From an uncultured Gammaproteobacteria bacterium (GTDB taxonomy: Bacteria > Patescibacteriota > Microgenomatia > UBA1406 > GWC2-37-13), in assembly GCA_964435665.1 (NCBI GenBank), contig CAYSZW010000004.1, positions 16,284 through 80,283 of the forward strand: a DNA stretch of 64,000 nt, given 5' to 3'. The position numbers and the translations under genes are program-made. The notes below the pieces were generated by a model. It made no database searches. It was not told the DNA's origin and saw only the letters and a program-made list of their open reading frames with translations. Positions 17,822-25,218 of this stretch are shown in pieces. Positions within the stretch are counted from its first letter, which is position 1. Each line of letters opens with the position of its first letter.

Positions 17822-18665
17822 CTTGTAAATCTTTTATATATCTGTAATTTAATGGTCTTGTGTTACGGTCACCAAAAGTTGAATCTAATCCATAAATATC
17901 ATACTCTTTTCCATTTTTTACAATGTTTGTGATAACAAAAAAATGACCAACAGTTTTATTACCTAATGTAAAATTACCACCAGCTAAGATCCAAGAACCT
18001 GATTTTACAAATGGCATTAAATTATCTGCTACTTCTTGTGGTGTTCCTTTTTGAAAACCTGGAACTATTTCTGAGCGAAAACCTTCACCATTTAGAGCAA
18101 ACATTGCACCTTGAAGAGTACTTCCAGCACAGCTTGCATATCTCGTTTCACCATATTTTGAACCATAATATTTTGAAATAATACTCGGAGGTGTCGCATT
18201 AGGGTCTCCAAGATTAGCAACAATATTAGATACAGCAGAAGGTCCACAACCTGCATAGCAGATACTACAGCCATCCGGCATCATGATACTTTTATAATCA
18301 CATTGACGATTCATAATGTAACTACCTGGAACTGGAGTCGCAACAGGTGATAAGTTAGGTGTTGTTTGGTTAGGGAATTGTGTAGCACCAGATGGTCGAG
18401 GTGTTAATGTATTATTAGATCCGGAGTTATTTGTTGGATTAGAACTAGAGCCATCATTTTTAGGAGGTTTAAAAAAAATATCTAAAAAATCTTCAAAAAT
18501 TTCATTAGAAGTTTTTTTCTTATCTCCAGGATTATAACAACGACCATCACCACTATCCATACAAGGTCGATTGGGATTTTCCAGATTGTCAGGCTGAGCC
18601 AAAATTAAATTGGGGCTTAGGAAAAGTAAGAAAATAGAGATTGTGAATATAACTAATAGTTTCAT
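17787..18665 (-). CDS. Secreted protein: shared N-terminal module plus a papain-fold Cys peptidase (Peptidase_C39_2 / CHAP-like) domain
   Basis: Signal peptide and the same module as the 300-aa protein. Candidate Cys-His-Asp triad: [25 protein letters not shown]. The pattern also matches the C-terminal domain of the FtsEX-linked hydrolase at 54417. Confidence 0.55.
   Translation of the reverse strand: MKLLVIFTISIFLLFLSPNLILAQPDNLENPNRPCMDSGDGRCYNPGDKKKTSNEIFEDFLDIFFKPPKNDGSSSNPTNNSGSNNTLTPRPSGATQFPNQTTPNLSPVATPVPGSYIMNRQCDYKSIMMPDGCSICYAGCGPSAVSNIVANLGDPNATPPSIISKYYGSKYGETRYASCAGSTLQGAMFALNGEGFRSEIVPGFQKGTPQEVADNLMPFVKSGSWILAGGNFTLGNKTVGHFFVITNIVKNGKEYDIYGLDSTFGDRNTRPLNYRYIKDLQVVTFAAAVRRK
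18471..18599. repeat. 129-nt repeat copy B (encodes the shared N-terminal module of the 292-aa protein)
   Basis: About 92% identical to 17172-17300. Confidence 0.85.
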
Positions 18666-18666
18666 G

Positions 18667-18695
18667 TTGACTTTTATAAAATACTTTCACATAAT
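18667..18695 (+). promoter_or_regulatory. Putative promoter TTGACT-17-CATAAT with the ATG at predicted +1
   Basis: The -35 is at 18667-18672 and the -10 at 18690-18695, with a 6-nt spacer to the ATG at 18702. It sits in the 36-nt divergent gap next to the minus-strand operon start (18665). Confidence 0.45.
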
Positions 18696-18701
18696 GAATA
18701 C

Positions 18702-21700
18702 ATGTCGAACATGTTTGATTTTATACGAAAAAAGCCATCTAATGCAAATCCAAATGGAGATGTATCAATAAATACAAATTCTCAAGTAAGTTCTGTGAGT
18801 GATACGCCACAGCCAATATCGGCACCAGTAACTCAATCATATAATGGTATTGGAAACCCACCAAGTGGACAGTCATTTAATGGAATTGGTACTCCACCAA
18901 ACGGCCAGTCATACAATGGTATCGGAAATCCTCCACAAGGTAATTCTTATAATGGTATTGGATCAACACCATCCGGACAAGATCCATATAACGGTGTAGG
19001 TTCAGCTCCAGCACCAAAAATGAATGACACCATGTCATCCCCTTCAAATGGACAAGATAGCAATGGTTCTATGAAACCAAAAGAAGATAAACCTGTATTT
19101 GATCAAATGCCAAAAGAAAAGAATGAATGGCAAGGTTTAGATTCATCAAAAAAAGATGCTAATCAAAATAAACCAACCGATCAAAAATCTAATAATCAAA
19201 GCGCAGATCAAAATAAACAATCAATGAATAATAATCAAAATGCACAAAAAGATCAAAATAATAAAAATCAGGATCAAAAGAATGTAGATAATAAAAATAA
19301 TTCTAATGCTCCAAAAGGTGATGCTCTTAAATCAAATATAAATGATAAAAAGCGAAATGATTTAGATATCATGACACACTTAACACAACGATCTAATAAA
19401 GTATTTTTAGAAGCAAATAATAAAGCAAAAGAATTAAAAAACACGTATGTTGATAGTGAACATTTATTACATGGATTACTTTCTGATGGAGAAATATATA
19501 ATGCATTTGTTGAATTAAAAATTCAACCTCAACTAATTGAACAAGAATTAGATAAGGTATATAAAAAAGAAACTAATAATAACCCACCACAAATTGCTCC
19601 TCGTGTAAAACAGATAATCAGTAATTCTCTAATTGTTGCACGTAAAATGGGTTATGAATTTATTTCACCAGAACATTTGTTACTTGCAATGTTTGATGAA
19701 GGTGAAGGGTTAGGTGCACGAATTTTAGTAAAACTTGGCTTGAAGAAAGAAGATTTAAATAAAAAAGTAACTGGTAAAAAAGAAGGTCTTGAAGGTAAAG
19801 ATGCAAAAGCACAACAAAAAGCAAAATCTGCATTAGAACAATACACAATTGACTTAACAGCAAGAGCTGCAAATGGTGAATTAGATCCAGTTGTTGAACG
19901 ATCTGACGTTATAGAACGTGTTGTCCATATTCTTTCAAGAAGAATTAAGAATAATCCTGCACTTATTGGAGAACCAGGTGTTGGTAAAACCGCTGTGGTA
20001 GAAGGGCTCGCAGAACGTATTGTTGCAAAACAAGTTCCAGAAAGTCTTTTAAACAAAAGAATTCTCCAATTAGATTTAGCAGGAGTCGTTGCTGGAGCCT
20101 CTCATAGAGGAGAATTTGAAGAGCGAATGAAAAATATTGTTGATGAACTTAAGGGTGCAAAAGGCGAAATAATTATGTTTATTGATGAAATGCACATGAT
20201 GATGGGTGCTGGCGGTGGAGATGGCACAATTGATGCTTCAAATTTTATAAAACCTGCTCTTGCCCGTGGTGAAGTTCAGTTTATTGGTGCAACTACCATT
20301 ACAGAATATAGAAAATATATAGAAAAAGATGCCGCTCTTGAACGAAGATTTCAAACAGTAGTTGTTCCTGAACCTTCACAAGAAGCAGCAATTAAAATGT
20401 TAAAGGCTGCAAAAGATAAGTACGAAGCATTTCATAAAGTCAAAATTCCAGAAGAAACAATCGAATTAGCAGTCAAACTTTCAAAAAGATATATTGGAGA
20501 TCGTTTCCTTCCAGATAAGGCATTTGATCTTATGGATGAAGCAGCAGCGGCAGTTAGATTACCATTAATTTCATTACCAGAAGAGATTCAATCGTTAGAA
20601 ACGCGTATCGCACAAATTCAACAAGAAGTTGATGAAGCAGAAAAAGGCGGGGAAAAAGTGAAAGCAAGAATAGGTCGCTCAAAAATTGATGATGTAAAAG
20701 CAACACTAAAGTCAAAGCAAGATGAATATAACATGAAGAAAGCCAGTACAACTACAGAAGTAACAGATGAAATTGTTAAAGATATAGTTGCAAAACGAAC
20801 TGGAATTCCTGTTTCAAGAATTTCTTCAACAGAAGGAGATAAATTAGTTAATTTAGAAGATATCATTCACAAACGAATGATTGATCAAGAAAATGCTGTT
20901 AAGTCTGTCTCACAAGCTATTAGAAGAGGACGAGCAGGATTAAAGTCAACAAATAGACCAATTGGAAGTTTTGTATTCCTAGGACCAACAGGTGTAGGTA
21001 AAACAGAACTAGCAAAAACAGTCTCAGAAGTGCTTTTTGATGAAGATGATGCAGTAATCCGTTTTGACATGACAGAATATATGGAACGTCATGAAGTTGC
21101 AAAACTTCTTGGACCTCCTCCAGGTTATGTTGGATATGAAGAAGGTGGAAAGCTTACAGAAATGGTTCGCAGAAAACCTTATTCCGTAGTCTTATTTGAC
21201 GAGGTAGAAAAAGCACATCCAGATATTTTCAATATCTTACTTCAAATTTTGGATGATGGACGTTTAACTGATAATAAAGGTCGAACAATTTCATTCAAAA
21301 ACACTGTTGTTATTTGTACTTCAAACATTGGTACAAAACTTATTCAAGAAGAAATGCTTAAGAGTGGAAAAACTGAAGTAAGTGAACCAACAATGATGTC
21401 TACATATGTATTTACGCCAAGAGGTAGAGAATTATTAACTATTGGTAACAAGTACTTTGAAAGAGATGGAGGCAATGTACAAGCATTAAATGCCCAAATG
21501 GATGCTTCAAAACAGCCACAACAAGCAGATGCAAAACCAGAAGATGCAACAAAAGCACCAACATCATCATGGGCTAATCACCAATTGAATGAATATTTTG
21601 CAGGACAAAAAGTTGAAGGTAAAATGCCTGAACCAATTAAAGAAGAAACTCAAGCAAATCCTGATGAACCAGCAACAGAAAAACCATTAGAAGAATTACC

Positions 21701-23039
21701 TGAAAAACCAAATGAGTCAATGAAGTCAGTTGGCTTTCCAATGATGGGTTACGATACACATGCAATTGCTGCAAATGGTTTAGAAATTGTCACAAAAGGC
21801 AATACACTATTCTCACGAAGTGCAACAACTGCAAAAGTATGGAATGTAACATCTCTTATAGAATATTTTAAAGATGGTGTTGTCATTAATGCTTTACCAG
21901 ATGCACCAGATGAACAATTGCCAACTGTTAAATTAAAAACACATGCTTTTAGTCCTACTGAAGAAGAAATCGTTACATTTAAAGACAGATATTGGAAAAG
22001 AAAAACAAATTCTACAGATTGGGAAACAGGTTACTTAAAAGATTATTTTAAAGATCAACCAATAACAGGAGAAATGACTCTTCCAACAACACATTGGGAT
22101 ATCCATACATTCTCACCTAATGGAAAAGAAGTAATTATAGTAGCAAATGATATTTGGTTTAGAGAAGGTACAGGTCCATGGAAGAAACAAGCATTAACTG
22201 AATATTTTGGAAAAGATTTCCCATTAGAACAAGAAGTAAATGCAAACCAAAAGGTAGAAGAAGAAAACGATACAAAGAAATATTCTCTTATTAAAGATAA
22301 GGTAATGAATGAACTCTTGAAGTTTTTCCGACCAGAGCTTGTAAATCGTTTTGATGAAGTTATTATCTTTGAGCCACTTAAGTTTATTCACATGATTGAG
22401 ATTGTTAAACTACAACTCAAAGGTTTAACCAAACTATTAGAAGAACAAGAATTAGGTTTTTCAGCAACAGATTCAGCTATTAAAGAAATTGTCCGTTCTG
22501 GTTTTGATCCAATCTTTGGAGCTCGACCATTACGAAGAGCAATTCAAAAATTAGTTGAGAATCCAATTTCAGAATTAATTATTGCTAAAAAAGTAACAGC
22601 AGGAGATACAATTATTGTTGATTTTAATGGTGAAGAATTTGTATTTAATGTTGAACACACAGAGCGAAAAGCAGTTTCAGGTGAAACCAAATCTGAAGGT
22701 ACAAATAAAGATGAAGTTGAAAAAATGTTTTTCTGTGAAAAATGTGCAAATACATTTACCACAAAAGTAAAATCTAATGCAACAACTGTCTGTTCAAAAT
22801 GTGCAAATAAAAATGTAACAGAAATTTCTGACCAATCACAACAAACAGTAAAAGATGCAACAACAGAAAAAAAGAATGAAGCAAAAACAGATATGAATTC
22901 TACTGCAGATCAAAAGAATTCACAGAATCCTATGAGTTCAGGTTCAAACGATATGAATACAATGCCATCAATGAATCCTACACCAAATACTCAAAATTCT
23001 GGAGATACAATGAATCAGCAGATGAATACCATGTCATAA
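18702..23039 (+). CDS. Atypical ClpC/ClpB-family double-AAA+ protein (1445 aa) with low-complexity termini, a large repeat insertion in D2 and a C-terminal zinc ribbon
   Basis: Clp_N repeats ([19 protein letters not shown]). D1 Walker A GEPGVGKT and Walker B MFIDEMH. Short ClpC-length M-domain. D2 Walker [13 protein letters not shown], Walker [11 protein letters not shown] and sensor-1 [10 protein letters not shown]2-small [18 protein letters not shown] and [10 protein letters not shown]. Insertion of ~316 aa at nt 21333-22277. CxxC...CxxC at 22731-22812. Confidence 0.85.
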   Translation: MSNMFDFIRKKPSNANPNGDVSINTNSQVSSVSDTPQPISAPVTQSYNGIGNPPSGQSFNGIGTPPNGQSYNGIGNPPQGNSYNGIGSTPSGQDPYNGVGSAPAPKMNDTMSSPSNGQDSNGSMKPKEDKPVFDQMPKEKNEWQGLDSSKKDANQNKPTDQKSNNQSADQNKQSMNNNQNAQKDQNNKNQDQKNVDNKNNSNAPKGDALKSNINDKKRNDLDIMTHLTQRSNKVFLEANNKAKELKNTYVDSEHLLHGLLSDGEIYNAFVELKIQPQLIEQELDKVYKKETNNNPPQIAPRVKQIISNSLIVARKMGYEFISPEHLLLAMFDEGEGLGARILVKLGLKKEDLNKKVTGKKEGLEGKDAKAQQKAKSALEQYTIDLTARAANGELDPVVERSDVIERVVHILSRRIKNNPALIGEPGVGKTAVVEGLAERIVAKQVPESLLNKRILQLDLAGVVAGASHRGEFEERMKNIVDELKGAKGEIIMFIDEMHMMMGAGGGDGTIDASNFIKPALARGEVQFIGATTITEYRKYIEKDAALERRFQTVVVPEPSQEAAIKMLKAAKDKYEAFHKVKIPEETIELAVKLSKRYIGDRFLPDKAFDLMDEAAAAVRLPLISLPEEIQSLETRIAQIQQEVDEAEKGGEKVKARIGRSKIDDVKATLKSKQDEYNMKKASTTTEVTDEIVKDIVAKRTGIPVSRISSTEGDKLVNLEDIIHKRMIDQENAVKSVSQAIRRGRAGLKSTNRPIGSFVFLGPTGVGKTELAKTVSEVLFDEDDAVIRFDMTEYMERHEVAKLLGPPPGYVGYEEGGKLTEMVRRKPYSVVLFDEVEKAHPDIFNILLQILDDGRLTDNKGRTISFKNTVVICTSNIGTKLIQEEMLKSGKTEVSEPTMMSTYVFTPRGRELLTIGNKYFERDGGNVQALNAQMDASKQPQQADAKPEDATKAPTSSWANHQLNEYFAGQKVEGKMPEPIKEETQANPDEPATEKPLEELPEKPNESMKSVGFPMMGYDTHAIAANGLEIVTKGNTLFSRSATTAKVWNVTSLIEYFKDGVVINALPDAPDEQLPTVKLKTHAFSPTEEEIVTFKDRYWKRKTNSTDWETGYLKDYFKDQPITGEMTLPTTHWDIHTFSPNGKEVIIVANDIWFREGTGPWKKQALTEYFGKDFPLEQEVNANQKVEEENDTKKYSLIKDKVMNELLKFFRPELVNRFDEVIIFEPLKFIHMIEIVKLQLKGLTKLLEEQELGFSATDSAIKEIVRSGFDPIFGARPLRRAIQKLVENPISELIIAKKVTAGDTIIVDFNGEEFVFNVEHTERKAVSGETKSEGTNKDEVEKMFFCEKCANTFTTKVKSNATTVCSKCANKNVTEISDQSQQTVKDATTEKKNEAKTDMNSTADQKNSQNPMSSGSNDMNTMPSMNPTPNTQNSGDTMNQQMNTMS
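18837..19010 (+). repeat. In-frame 36-nt tandem repeat (12-aa unit S-Y/F-N-G-I-G-x-P-P-x-G-Q), 4 full copies plus 1 degenerate
   Basis: Translation: [58 protein letters not shown]. Confidence 0.85.
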
Positions 23040-23046
23040 TGAACGT

Positions 23047-23193
23047 ATGGCCGATTTTACTCCATTAAACATATCATCTTTGCAGAAAAAGTTTGAAAAT
23101 GATGGTGGACTAAACACTATTCTTATTGTATTGGCTGTTGCGACAATGGGAGTTGTAGGATTTATTGTCTATCTTTTATCTTCTAAGTATTGA
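23047..23193 (+). CDS. Possible 48-aa single-pass membrane protein
   Basis: MADFTPLNISSLQKKFENDGGLNTILIVLAVATMGVVGFIVYLLSSKY. It begins 7 nt after the Clp-like stop, has one clear TM helix and is below the ORF-track cutoff. Confidence 0.35.
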   Translation: MADFTPLNISSLQKKFENDGGLNTILIVLAVATMGVVGFIVYLLSSKY

Positions 23194-23204
23194 TAAAATT
23201 ATAT

Positions 23205-23879
23205 ATGGACTGGGTTTTTTTTGTATTGTTTTGTATTCAACTAATTGTGCTTTTTTTTATCTCAAGACTTAGCATTCGGTATATTTTTTATTTGCTTCGT
23301 TCTTTTACCTCTAGTGATACTATTGTATATTCTTCAATTGCATTCTTATTTCTTCCAGGAACTATATTGCATGAACTAAGTCATTTTTTAATGGCAATAG
23401 TGTTGTTATTAAAAGTACGAGAAATACATATTTTTCCACAATGGGAACAGAATTATATTAAATTAGGTAGAGTTCTTTATGAAAAAAAAGATGTATTTAG
23501 AAGCATACTTGTGGGTATAGCTCCCATAATTGTAGGATTATTATTTTTTTGGTGGCTTAGTATATTAAATGTACTTCAGATAGAAGATATAATTTTAAAA
23601 ATAATTATTTTTTATATTATTTTTGTCATTTCTTCGACTATGTTTTCTTCTCAACAAGATTTAGTTGATCTTATTTATGTTATTCCAATAGTTATTATTG
23701 TTGCAATAATTCAATATTTTTTCCCAATAAATTTTTCATTTATAACTTCACAAGAAACTATTATGAAAAGTATTAATACTTTTATATATGATATTAATTG
23801 GTATTTATTTATTTCAACATGTATACATGCAGTACTGGTTAGTGTAATATTTATACTATTACGATTATTAAAAAAATAA
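23205..23879 (+). CDS. Polytopic membrane protein with an HExxH motif (putative intramembrane/zincin-like metallopeptidase)
   Basis: HELSHFLMA lies at the edge of a TM helix and there are ~5-6 hydrophobic helices. The ATG at 23205 is preferred over the listed TTG at 23190. Confidence 0.45.
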   Translation: MDWVFFVLFCIQLIVLFFISRLSIRYIFYLLRSFTSSDTIVYSSIAFLFLPGTILHELSHFLMAIVLLLKVREIHIFPQWEQNYIKLGRVLYEKKDVFRSILVGIAPIIVGLLFFWWLSILNVLQIEDIILKIIIFYIIFVISSTMFSSQQDLVDLIYVIPIVIIVAIIQYFFPINFSFITSQETIMKSINTFIYDINWYLFISTCIHAVLVSVIFILLRLLKK

Positions 23880-23880
23880 T

Positions 23881-24213
23881 ATGAACAATACTCTTGCTCA
23901 AGGTTTACAGATTCAACCAAAAGGTGGTGCAGCTGTTACTGTAACAGGTCCACTTGAAGGAATTAATAATTTAGGTGATTTAATTAATGTTCTCATGTCC
24001 TTTTTAGTACCTTTTGCTGGTATTATTCTCTTTTTTATTCTTATCTGGGGAGGATACGATATTTTAATGTCTCAAGGAGAAGCTGATAAAGTAGAATCAG
24101 GAAAAAATAAAATTACTGCTGGAATTATTGGTATTGTATTGCTTGTTCTTTCTTACTTAATTACCAATCTATTTGGATATATATTTGGACTAGATAGAAG
24201 TTTTTTTCAATAA
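23881..24213 (+). CDS. T4SS-pilin-like (TrbC/VirB2-type) small membrane protein
   Basis: 110 aa. Two TM helices flank a polar loop (SQGEADKVESGKNKITAG). It aligns with the C-terminus of the 546-aa protein through shared I[WY]..[YF]....SQ.......K..IT..I.G..L...S. Confidence 0.55.
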   Translation: MNNTLAQGLQIQPKGGAAVTVTGPLEGINNLGDLINVLMSFLVPFAGIILFFILIWGGYDILMSQGEADKVESGKNKITAGIIGIVLLVLSYLITNLFGYIFGLDRSFFQ

Positions 24214-24221
24214 GGAAGAAA

Positions 24222-25055
24222 TTAGAGATTATATTCTTTAATGGCCTTTTCGTAGTTATCTGGATTGCCTACATCATACCATTTGCCAGAAAATACAAAT
24301 CCACTTACTTTTTGTTGATTTACTAAATCTTGAATTACATCTTCTAATGCAAATTTATTCTTTTTTGGAAAGTAATTAAAAATTTCTGGACTAAAAGCAT
24401 AAATACCACTATGAATTAAGTGGCTTCGCAGTCCTGGTGCAGTTGTATTTGGATAAAATCCAATAAGTTTTGTTCCATGTAAATTAAATTGTCCGTATTC
24501 TCGAGGTTCTGTAGCACTTGATAATGCGACAGAAGCCAAAGCATCTTCTTTTTGGTGAAATGCGATAAAATCTGTATAAGAAAAATCTGTCAAAATATCT
24601 CCATGGATAACGAGGAATGTTTCGTTACCAATTTTATCTTTAACCTTTTTAATCGCACCACCAGTTAATAAATTTTCTTCTTCTTCTGAATACTGAATTT
24701 TTACACCAAATTGTTCGCCATTACCAAAATATGTCTTAATCTTTTCACCTAAATAACTTATTGCAATAATAAGATCGGTAACATTATGTTTTTTTAATTG
24801 TTTAATAAGATGTTCAAGAATTGGTGTTCCTTTTACAGGAAGCATTGGTTTTGGAATTTCGTAGGTATATGGTCGAAGTTGAGTTCCACGGCCGCCTGCA
24901 AGAATAATCGCTTTATGTACATTGGATTCTGTATACTTATTTAAGACAAATTCAATTGCGTGGGAACGGTTGCGAATTTTGTTTTTGTCGATAAGTAAAT
25001 CAACCTTTTTAAGTAGTTGACTATCGAGTGTTATAGTAATACGAGATCTCCTCAT
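24222..25055 (-). CDS. Sugar-phosphate nucleotidyltransferase with an N-terminal ribbon-helix-helix (CopG-like) domain
   Basis: RITITLDSQLLKKVDLLID...RSHAIEFVLNKY follows the RHH pattern (strand-helix-helix). AIILAGGRGTQLRPYTYEIPKPMLPV is the NTP_transferase signature. Confidence 0.75.
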   Translation of the reverse strand: MRRSRITITLDSQLLKKVDLLIDKNKIRNRSHAIEFVLNKYTESNVHKAIILAGGRGTQLRPYTYEIPKPMLPVKGTPILEHLIKQLKKHNVTDLIIAISYLGEKIKTYFGNGEQFGVKIQYSEEEENLLTGGAIKKVKDKIGNETFLVIHGDILTDFSYTDFIAFHQKEDALASVALSSATEPREYGQFNLHGTKLIGFYPNTTAPGLRSHLIHSGIYAFSPEIFNYFPKKNKFALEDVIQDLVNQQKVSGFVFSGKWYDVGNPDNYEKAIKEYNL

Positions 25056-25078
25056 GTTAATCCATTTTAGATCACGTA

Positions 25079-25107
25079 TTGCTTTTTGTCAAAGAAGAAT
25101 TTATAAT
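25079..25107 (+). promoter_or_regulatory. Putative promoter TTGCTT-17-TATAAT
   Basis: The -35 is at 25079-25084 and the -10 at 25102-25107. Predicted TSS is ~25114, upstream of a terminator hairpin and the pyrH-fusion gene. Confidence 0.4.
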
Positions 25108-25178
25108 ACACTAATACATATCATATGCATATCACATACGCACAAAGTTTTATTAAAAATTATTAAATTGAAATATCT

Positions 25179-25204
25179 ACCGCTTGTATAAGCGGTTTTT
25201 TTTT
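25179..25204 (+). terminator. Rho-independent terminator/attenuator-like hairpin
   Basis: A perfect 7-bp stem accgctt / aagcggt with loop gtat is followed by a T-tract of about 8 nt. It ends 14 nt before the ATG at 25219. Confidence 0.55.
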
Positions 25205-25218
25205 ACTATTTTTATACT

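Noticed and set aside
19652-22762. Minus-strand ORFs inside the Clp-like gene (19652-20056, 20618-20866, 20885-21070 and others)
   Set aside because: They are antisense to conserved AAA+ coding sequence and are therefore shadow ORFs.
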